Shown in pieces: positions 25,115 to 32,000 of a DNA stretch of 32,000 nucleotides. The stretch is taken from assembly GCA_030614005.1 (NCBI GenBank), contig JAUWKS010000017.1, positions 1 to 32,000 on the forward strand. Direction: 5' to 3'. The position numbers were made by a program, and so were the translations under genes. Under the pieces are notes generated by a model, which was not told where the DNA came from, searched no databases, and saw only the letters and a list, made by a program, of their open reading frames with translations. This stretch comes from Candidatus Heimdallarchaeota archaeon. GTDB lineage: Archaea > Asgardarchaeota > Heimdallarchaeia > JABLTI01. Position 1 is the stretch's first letter. Each line of letters opens with the position of its first letter.

Positions 25115-28048
25115 ATGAAAGTTAAAATAAATTCTGAAGAAAAAGAGTTCCCAGAAAAAACATCAATTATGGACTATTTGTTGCAAAACAACCGTCATAT
25201 TGCCGGAGTTTGCAAAGTGAAAGAGCTTGATCCTTATGGCTCTTGCAGATTATGCTTAGTTGAAATCAACGGTCGTCTATTACCTGCTTGTGCAACCTAT
25301 CCAAGAGAAAATGATTCTATAAATATCAATAACAATGTTGTGATTAATAGTAGAAAAACTGCTCTCGAATTGATGCTCTCCGACCATTTTGGAGATTGTA
25401 TCGGACCCTGTAATGATGGATGTCCATCAAAAAGTGAAGTTCAAAACTATCTCGCATTAATTGCAATGGGTAAACATCACGAAGCCGTTGCTCTAATGAA
25501 GCAAGATTATATTTTACCTGCCGCACTTGGTCGTGTCTGTCCAGCATTCTGCGAAGATGCTTGCAGAAGGAATCTAGTTGAAGGTCCAGTCGCAATTCGC
25601 GAAGCAAAACGATTTGCAGCGGATTATGATTTAGAACATGGACCTTGGATGCCTGACATTCCAAAAGAAACTGGTAAAAGTGTTGGTATTGTTGGTGGTG
25701 GACCTGCAGGTCTTGCAGCTGCATTTTATCTACGCGTCAAAGGACACAAAATTACTATCTATGAATCTCTCCCAGAACTTGGCGGTATGTTGCGATATGG
25801 TATACCTGAATATCGTTTACCAAAAGCAATTCTAGATAAAGACATCGATACAGTAATTAAAACAGGTATTGAAGTAAAAACTAACACAACGGTCAGTGTA
25901 GATATTACACTTGAAGAGTTACAAATGAAACACGATGCTGTTTTTGTTGGTATTGGTGCTTGGAAAGTCTACAAACCAAGAGTTGACAATTGTGAAATAG
26001 TAGGTGTTTTAGATGCAATTGATTTCTTAAAACGAACAGCAATGGGTGAGAAAATCGATATCGGTAAAAACGTAATGGTTGTCGGTGGAGGCAACAGTGC
26101 AATGGATGTTGCTCGAACTTGCATACGACTTGGAGCAAACGTTTCACTTTCTTACAGCCGAACCAAAAATGAAATGCCAGCACGACAAATCGAAATCGAA
26201 GAAGCAGAAGATGAAGGTGTTAATTTTCTTATTCTATCTAATCCAGTAAATATCATTGGCGATGGAAAGATCCAAGAAGTAGAATTAGTTAGAATGGAGC
26301 TTGGTGAACCAGATGAAAGTGGTCGGTGTCGACCAATTGTTTGTGATGGGTCAAATTATTGCGTTGATGTAGACACAGTCATCTTTGCAATTGGACAAAG
26401 ACCAGATTATGAGCTCTTAGCTCAACATGGTTTGGAACATCATAGCTGGGGTGGTGCAAGATATGATGAAATCACATATGAAACAAACCTCCCAGGAGTG
26501 TTTGTTGGTGGAGATGTAGCAATTGGTGCAGCCACCGTCATTGAAGCAATTGCAACGTCTAAAAATGCAGCGCAAATGATTGACTTTTACCTCAAAGGTA
26601 CTCTACCTAAAATCCGAGAGATTATTAAAGAACCTTCGAAACATCTTGATGAAATTTATTCTGATGAAAAGCTCAAAGAATTCCTCTTGAAATATTATCC
26701 CTATAATCATTGGAAGAAAGTTACTGAAGAAGATTACAAAGATAGAAAACGACAAGAAAGAGCAAAAACAAAGCTCCTTCCAGCAAAGGAACGAGCAAAA
26801 ACGTTCGATGAAGTTGAACTAACTCATTCAGAAGAAGACATTTTGAAGGAAACTGAAAGATGTATGTCTTGTGGTTGTCTTGATTCTTTTGATTGCAAAT
26901 TGAGAGAATACTCTATGATGTATAATGCTAAACAAGATACTTTTGAAGGAGAATTACAATCCGATGTTGTAGATGAATCACATCCTCATGTTATTCTTGA
27001 TAACAACAAGTGTATTTTGTGTGGCAGATGTATTAATTTAACTCACGAAATAACTGGCGAAGGGTTAATTGATAATCTCAACCGAGGATTTACAACTAAA
27101 AATGGCCCCCCTCCAGGAACTAAGCTTGGTGAAGTTAAAGGTGATTTCATCGGTCAATTTGTTGATGAATGTCCAACAGGTGCATTTGCACTTACAACTC
27201 CTTATCCAAAAGATGGTCCTTGGAATGTTACTCCCAAACCAACTGTCTGTAATGACTGTGGTATGGGTTGTGAAATGAATATTGATATCTACAAAGGAAT
27301 CCCAGTAAACGTTTCAACTATTGATAACTCTTGGAATCATGGTTTAGTTTGTGATAAACCAAGATTTGGCAGAAGTTGGGAGAAAAGCGTAGAAAAGCCT
27401 ATGCAAAAAGATGGCAGTAAATTCAAAGAAATCTCTGATGATAAAGCTAAAGCTATTCTCAAAGATCATCTCGAGAGTTTAGCCATTGTATTAACTCCCA
27501 GTGTAACGAATGATGAAGCACAAGAGTTAATGAAATTTGCAAAGGAACATAATTTTGCTATTGGAGCTATCTACGACGAAGGTATTTCTACAACCAAATT
27601 TGCTACTATTTTTACTAGCAAACGTATACAATTGGATGTTGATTTATCAGACTATCCCGTATTGAAAACATTTATCCACATTGCAAAGAAACAAGGTGCA
27701 ATCATTACTAACGAAGAACCAGATATTGCTATAGTTAATGCACCAGCAAAACCAAAAGACATTCCAACAATTATTATGCACAAAGGACTGAATGAAGTAG
27801 GACTTATGCAGCTCGGTTTGAAAATGATTCCAAAAGCAAAGAATTACCTTGTTATTGGATCATCTGATAAAAAGTTCAAAGGATTCACCATATCTATGGG
27901 TGAAAACAAGAACGCCGATTTAGTCTTACCCCTACCAGCTTGGTTGAATAGAACCGGCAAAGTAGTTACTTCAGAAGGTCGTGAATTAGAAGTTAAACAG
28001 GTCTTAGATGGACCGTCCATTATGAAGATTTTGCAATCTTACTTCTAA
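25115..28048 (+). CDS. Large GltD-like plus NuoG-like Fe-S flavoprotein with a truncated molybdopterin-oxidoreductase tail (StnC/NsoC-like, 977 aa)
   Basis: N-terminal [2Fe-2S] (C..GSCRLC..C); GltD clusters (DCIGPC..CP, GRVCPAFCEDAC); GGGPAG (FAD); GGGNSAMD (NADPH); RCMSCGC; CILCGRC; CNDCGMGC..C; short Mo-domain remnant. ATG at 25115 follows GGAGTGA. Confidence 0.85.
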   Translation: MKVKINSEEKEFPEKTSIMDYLLQNNRHIAGVCKVKELDPYGSCRLCLVEINGRLLPACATYPRENDSININNNVVINSRKTALELMLSDHFGDCIGPCNDGCPSKSEVQNYLALIAMGKHHEAVALMKQDYILPAALGRVCPAFCEDACRRNLVEGPVAIREAKRFAADYDLEHGPWMPDIPKETGKSVGIVGGGPAGLAAAFYLRVKGHKITIYESLPELGGMLRYGIPEYRLPKAILDKDIDTVIKTGIEVKTNTTVSVDITLEELQMKHDAVFVGIGAWKVYKPRVDNCEIVGVLDAIDFLKRTAMGEKIDIGKNVMVVGGGNSAMDVARTCIRLGANVSLSYSRTKNEMPARQIEIEEAEDEGVNFLILSNPVNIIGDGKIQEVELVRMELGEPDESGRCRPIVCDGSNYCVDVDTVIFAIGQRPDYELLAQHGLEHHSWGGARYDEITYETNLPGVFVGGDVAIGAATVIEAIATSKNAAQMIDFYLKGTLPKIREIIKEPSKHLDEIYSDEKLKEFLLKYYPYNHWKKVTEEDYKDRKRQERAKTKLLPAKERAKTFDEVELTHSEEDILKETERCMSCGCLDSFDCKLREYSMMYNAKQDTFEGELQSDVVDESHPHVILDNNKCILCGRCINLTHEITGEGLIDNLNRGFTTKNGPPPGTKLGEVKGDFIGQFVDECPTGAFALTTPYPKDGPWNVTPKPTVCNDCGMGCEMNIDIYKGIPVNVSTIDNSWNHGLVCDKPRFGRSWEKSVEKPMQKDGSKFKEISDDKAKAILKDHLESLAIVLTPSVTNDEAQELMKFAKEHNFAIGAIYDEGISTTKFATIFTSKRIQLDVDLSDYPVLKTFIHIAKKQGAIITNEEPDIAIVNAPAKPKDIPTIIMHKGLNEVGLMQLGLKMIPKAKNYLVIGSSDKKFKGFTISMGENKNADLVLPLPAWLNRTGKVVTSEGRELEVKQVLDGPSIMKILQSYF

Positions 28049-28285
28049 TTTCTTTTTTCATTTAATTGAAAGGACATCATTGTGATTTCCTTTCATAAAA
28101 TCTTTTATTCTAAAAATCAAATTTTTCCTATTTTAATAAGTTTAGAGTTAGTCTTTTTTAACTAGAAAGCATTATTTATTTAATTAATTCATTTTAAGGA
28201 ATTGATATTTCAACATTTGATTAAGTAAACCAAATCTTTAATGAACATTCTTGAGATTAATGAATATATTACGAAGTGAAATTAA

Positions 28286-29893
28286 ATGGCAGAAGAAGTA
28301 AACCTTGATTTATTGGATTTAAAAGTGATGTATCCAAATACAATGCTATTAGATTATATAAATAAAAAAGAATCAATGTCAAAATTCTTTGGAGGCGTTT
28401 ATGATAAAATGCATCCAGTCAAATTCCGAGGAGATCGAGGAATAATAAAGGATATTTTAATGAAATATAATAAATCAATTAATGCTCAAAGTAAGGTTTT
28501 CGAAAATATTGAGTCAATTGAAAACGAAGATGTAAAATTTGTTATTACTGGTCAACAACCAGGCCTTTTCACTGGGCCCATGTATACCATCTATAAAACA
28601 TTCTCAGCAATAAATTATGCAAAAAAGTATTCTACTGATGATGTAAAGCTTGTACCATTATTTTGGAATGCTTCTGAAGATCACGATGTTGAAGAAGTAG
28701 ATAATATTTGGATTTTAAATAAAAAAAATGATGTTAAGCATATTAAATTCGATAGTAGTGCTTTATTAGGAAAGAGTTTGGAGAATGTCCAAATTGAACA
28801 TAACCATTTTGATACTCTTCTTACTAAAATGAAAAGTTCGTTTGTAGAAACAGAATTTTCTGACTCCATTTTTGATATGTTAAGTGGCATACTCAAGAAA
28901 TCAGAAAAATGGGGCGAGTTCTTTAGCAGGACACTTTCTTTCTTGATGGGAGAATGGGGCCTTATTTTACTTGAGCCTAAAATTCTACGTCCTCATTTGA
29001 AAGATTATTTCACGGTAGTTCTTAATAACACAGTAAAGTATAACTCTATCTTCCAAAAAACTACTGATGGTTTGACAGATTTAAGTTACAAACCTAAAAT
29101 GCATAAGAAAGAAAATATCGCAGGATTATTCTACATTGATGAGGAATTAAATAGATTAACTATAACACTTAAAGAAAAAGGAATGTATGAATTATCTGAT
29201 GGTAAAACATTTACTCGAGAAGAAATTCTTAATGAAGTTCAAACTCATCCTGAGCAATTCAGTACTAATGCTATTTTTCGACCACTTGCTCAAGATATAA
29301 TGATTCCAACACATGTTTTTGTTGGAGGTCCATCAGAAATTGGTTACCATATCCAAATCAAAGATTTGTATAAGGAGTTTGATTTAACTCAACCTAATGT
29401 TGTTTTTAGAATGGGTGCAACAGTAATTGAAAGGCATATTAATAAAATAATTGAGAAATACAACTTTTCAATCACGGAATTGCGCGATTTGAATAGATTG
29501 AGCTCAAAGCTTGTTGCTAGTGAAAGCGAATATAAATTGCAAGGGCATTTCAATAATATTTCTGAAATATTAGATACGATGAATACAGAGCTAAATGATT
29601 ATAATAAAGAACTTGGCTCTCGAGTTCAACATCGTAAAAAATCCATAATGAAAGAATTAGAAAATATTGAGAAGATGTATATTAAATATGTCAAAAATGA
29701 CAACCAACTTTTGACCAATCAATTAACTAAGACTCGAGCTTATTTATTCCCAAGTGATAAACCTCAAGAACGAATGTTTAATATCTTCCAATATCTTAAC
29801 AAGTATTCATTAACTCTCCTAGATTGTATGAGAAATCTCTTAACAAAAGATCAACCAGGAAAACATGTGGTATTAAAATGTTGGATGTTTTAG
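28286..29893 (+). CDS. bshC: Bacillithiol cysteine-adding enzyme BshC
   Basis: ITGQQPGLFTGPMYTIYK, FWNASEDHD, STNAIFRPLAQD, FVGGPSEIGY, coiled-coil insert, KPQERMFN. Confidence 0.93.
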   Translation: MAEEVNLDLLDLKVMYPNTMLLDYINKKESMSKFFGGVYDKMHPVKFRGDRGIIKDILMKYNKSINAQSKVFENIESIENEDVKFVITGQQPGLFTGPMYTIYKTFSAINYAKKYSTDDVKLVPLFWNASEDHDVEEVDNIWILNKKNDVKHIKFDSSALLGKSLENVQIEHNHFDTLLTKMKSSFVETEFSDSIFDMLSGILKKSEKWGEFFSRTLSFLMGEWGLILLEPKILRPHLKDYFTVVLNNTVKYNSIFQKTTDGLTDLSYKPKMHKKENIAGLFYIDEELNRLTITLKEKGMYELSDGKTFTREEILNEVQTHPEQFSTNAIFRPLAQDIMIPTHVFVGGPSEIGYHIQIKDLYKEFDLTQPNVVFRMGATVIERHINKIIEKYNFSITELRDLNRLSSKLVASESEYKLQGHFNNISEILDTMNTELNDYNKELGSRVQHRKKSIMKELENIEKMYIKYVKNDNQLLTNQLTKTRAYLFPSDKPQERMFNIFQYLNKYSLTLLDCMRNLLTKDQPGKHVVLKCWMF

Positions 29894-30561
29894 TTTTTGG
29901 CCCCCATCCTGATGATGCCGAACTTGGTGCAGGTGGAGCAATAGCAAAAGCTGTTGCAGAAGGATTGAAAGTAGGCATTATTGATCTAACTGCTGGTGAA
30001 ATGGGTACACTCGGTACTAAGGAAATTCGTTTGAAAGAAGCAGAAAGTGCTTCAAAAATACTTGGTGTGAAATTCAGAGAAAATCTAGGATTACCAGATG
30101 GATATATTGGTTTAGATATTTCACAAGAAGACATTTTTGCAGTAGCAAAGAAAATTCGTCAATATCAACCTAAAATTGTCTTAGCACCATATTGGGATGA
30201 CAGGCACCCAGATCATGCTGCTAGTTCGGAGATAATCACTAAAGCAGCTCATTATGCAAAATTGAAAAAATTTAATCTTGAACATCCGCAACATAAAATT
30301 CAACAACTTATCTATTATGAATTAAATGGTCAATTTACTCCATCATATATTATAGATGTAAGCGACTTTTTTGAACAAAAAAAAGAAGCAATAATGAGTC
30401 ATAAATCTCAATTTAAAGAGTTTTCAAAAGAATATCTTCCTTTTCCTTTAGTTGAAAGATGTGCCTATTATGGGTCATTAATTAATGCCTCTTATGGTGA
30501 GGCCTTTATGGTAAAAGGCTCGTTAAAAGTTGATAAATGGGAAGTCATTATAAATAAATGA
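29878..30561 (+). CDS. bshB1: GlcNAc-malate deacetylase BshB1 (PIG-L family)
   Basis: VFGPHPDDAELGAGG, DLTAGEMGT, RENLGLPDG, DRHPDH. ATG at 29878 overlaps the end of bshC by 16 nt. Confidence 0.9.
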   Translation: MLDVLVFGPHPDDAELGAGGAIAKAVAEGLKVGIIDLTAGEMGTLGTKEIRLKEAESASKILGVKFRENLGLPDGYIGLDISQEDIFAVAKKIRQYQPKIVLAPYWDDRHPDHAASSEIITKAAHYAKLKKFNLEHPQHKIQQLIYYELNGQFTPSYIIDVSDFFEQKKEAIMSHKSQFKEFSKEYLPFPLVERCAYYGSLINASYGEAFMVKGSLKVDKWEVIINK

Positions 30562-30588
30562 TAATTTACTATATCCGAGGATATTACG

Positions 30589-31683
30589 ATGAAAATTGGT
30601 ATAATTAATTATCCCACATTTGGTGGTAGTGGAATTGTTGGTACTGAGTTGGGATTAGAGCTTCAAAAAAGAGGACACGAAGTTCATTTTATTTCCTATC
30701 AAATACCTGAACGATTAAAACTAGAAGAGGATTACATTTTTCATGAAGTCAATATTTTATCCTATCCTCTCTTTAAGTATAAACCTTATACGATTATCTT
30801 GGCATCTCTATTGCACAAGTTAGTTAATGAACATGAATTGGACATTCTCCACGGCCATTACGCAATCCCCCATGCGACATCATTGTATCTTGCAAAATTA
30901 AGTAATGATAAAGCGAAAATTATATCGACAATTCATGGTTCTGATATGCATCTTCTAGGTCTTGATGATGCGTACAAACCGATTTTAGTTAATAGTTTAA
31001 ATAATCATGATGCATTAACGACGGTATCCAAATGGATGAGACAATTCGTAGTAGACAATTACGATATGGAAAAAGATATTGATGTAATATATAATTTCGT
31101 AAACCCCAAGAAATTTTCCAACATTAAAAAACCAGTAAAAGAGGAAGTTGTTTTTTGCCATGTTTCTAACTTTAGAAAAGTCAAGCGCTCACCAGATATT
31201 GTTAAAGCATTTGCAATCGAAGCAGAGAAATATAATCATATCAGATTAGAAATGATAGGAGAAGGTCCTGAACGAGAATATTGTCGAGATTTAGCAATAT
31301 CTTTAGGCATTAATGATAAGGTTGTGTTTAGAGGGAGCCTTCTTAATGTCCCTCGTGTTTTATGTTTTACTGATGTTTTTGTTATTCCCTCAGAAAAAGA
31401 AAGTTTTGGTTTGGCTGCTTTAGAAGCAATGGCTTGTAGTATACCAGTTATTTCTTCAAACGCAGGTGGTTTACCTGAAGTTGTTGAACATGAAAAGACT
31501 GGTTTTGTTATTGAACCGGGAGATATTGATGCTTTAGCGAAATATATGAACATTATGATTGAAGATGAACCTTTAAGAAAGAAATTAGGAAAAGCTTCTG
31601 CTCAACGTGCTAAGGGAGTATTCCATCCTGATAAAATCATCCCTCAATATGAATCATTATACAAGAAAGTGATTGAAAAATAA
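30589..31683 (+). CDS. bshA: GlcNAc-malate synthase BshA (GT4)
   Basis: YPTFGGSGIVGTELG, HGHYAIPHA, TIHGSD, VSNFRKVKR, KESFGLAALEAMAC. Confidence 0.93.
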   Translation: MKIGIINYPTFGGSGIVGTELGLELQKRGHEVHFISYQIPERLKLEEDYIFHEVNILSYPLFKYKPYTIILASLLHKLVNEHELDILHGHYAIPHATSLYLAKLSNDKAKIISTIHGSDMHLLGLDDAYKPILVNSLNNHDALTTVSKWMRQFVVDNYDMEKDIDVIYNFVNPKKFSNIKKPVKEEVVFCHVSNFRKVKRSPDIVKAFAIEAEKYNHIRLEMIGEGPEREYCRDLAISLGINDKVVFRGSLLNVPRVLCFTDVFVIPSEKESFGLAALEAMACSIPVISSNAGGLPEVVEHEKTGFVIEPGDIDALAKYMNIMIEDEPLRKKLGKASAQRAKGVFHPDKIIPQYESLYKKVIEK

Positions 31684-31701
31684 AATATTAAATGGAAACA
31701 A

Positions 31702-32000
31702 TTATCGTTTCCATAAAGTTATTTTTGTAATTACAATGACGATTAGTGGGACACCAACTATTATTCCTCCAGCCAACCACCAAGTCCAATTTTGAGGTGC
31801 TTGCTGTGGTATATCCAAACGGGGCGTTGAAGGTACCGGTGATATTTCAAATGAAAATGCTTGTCCAATAAAAGTTTCCCATTCATTGTTATGATAGTAG
31901 GAAACATTCAAATTATTAATTCCAACAAAACCTTCTTCTGTACAATTTGCTGCAAACCAGAATGAGTGAAAAGAATCAGGTACGATTTTTGCCCAAGTGA
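31702..32000 (-). CDS. C-terminal fragment of a membrane-anchored surface protein (5' end outside the window)
   Basis: The frame stays open to nt 32000 (TWAKIVPDSFHSFWFAANCTEEG...). It ends in a Pro-rich linker, a TM segment WTWWLAGGIIVGVPLIVIVIT and a basic tail. Confidence 0.7.
   Translation of the reverse strand, partial: TWAKIVPDSFHSFWFAANCTEEGFVGINNLNVSYYHNNEWETFIGQAFSFEISPVPSTPRLDIPQQAPQNWTWWLAGGIIVGVPLIVIVITKITLWKR

Noticed and set aside
25115-28048. Glutamate synthase small subunit, formate dehydrogenase or [FeFe]-hydrogenase annotation
   Set aside because: There is no gltB neighbour, no Mo/W-bisPGD Cys/Sec catalytic domain and no H-cluster motifs; the architecture fits Stn/Nso.
8380-31553. 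Numerous short antisense ORFs in the track (e.g. 9024..9434, 10163..10906, 23736..25056, 31236..31553)
   Set aside because: They overlap well-supported genes, mostly on the opposite strand or in another frame, and lack recognisable motifs.
1-32000. CRISPR arrays, IS elements, integrases, rRNA
   Set aside because: No regularly spaced repeats, transposase or integrase motifs, or rRNA-like segments were seen.

Overview
AT-rich, gene-dense archaeal chromosomal window. It is probably from an Asgard archaeon, perhaps Heimdallarchaeia-like; this is inferred from the gene repertoire (Sec61-like SecY, BHB-intron tRNA, aRF1, MptA, crenarchaeal-type SSB, membrane zinc-ribbon/RING protein) and is not proven. 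Left to right: a disrupted repeat-containing membrane gene next to the 3' end of an intron-containing tRNA-Leu(CAA); a stand-alone secY with a compositionally foreign internal tract; an archaeal coiled-coil protein; a SAM methyltransferase; DUF523/TudS; a HAD hydrolase; GTP cyclohydrolase MptA; a DnaJ-Zn-finger RecJ-like DHH nuclease; two tandem CLC-CBS anion transporters; SSB; aRF1; F420:NADP oxidoreductase; a 2-TM RING protein with no canonical start codon; NADP-glutamate dehydrogenase with a structured leader; an ABC (MacB/FtsX-type) transporter; a NuoE/NuoF/GltD-NuoG three-gene cluster of the Stn/Nso flavin-based transhydrogenase type, whose NuoF gene has a 1-nt frameshift; and a contiguous bacillithiol operon bshC-bshB1-bshA. 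The strongest lead is an NADPH/low-molecular-weight-thiol redox block: an Stn/Nso-like oxidoreductase immediately followed by complete bacillithiol synthesis in an archaeon. No CRISPR array, IS element or rRNA was seen. All family calls come from motif recognition without database searches.
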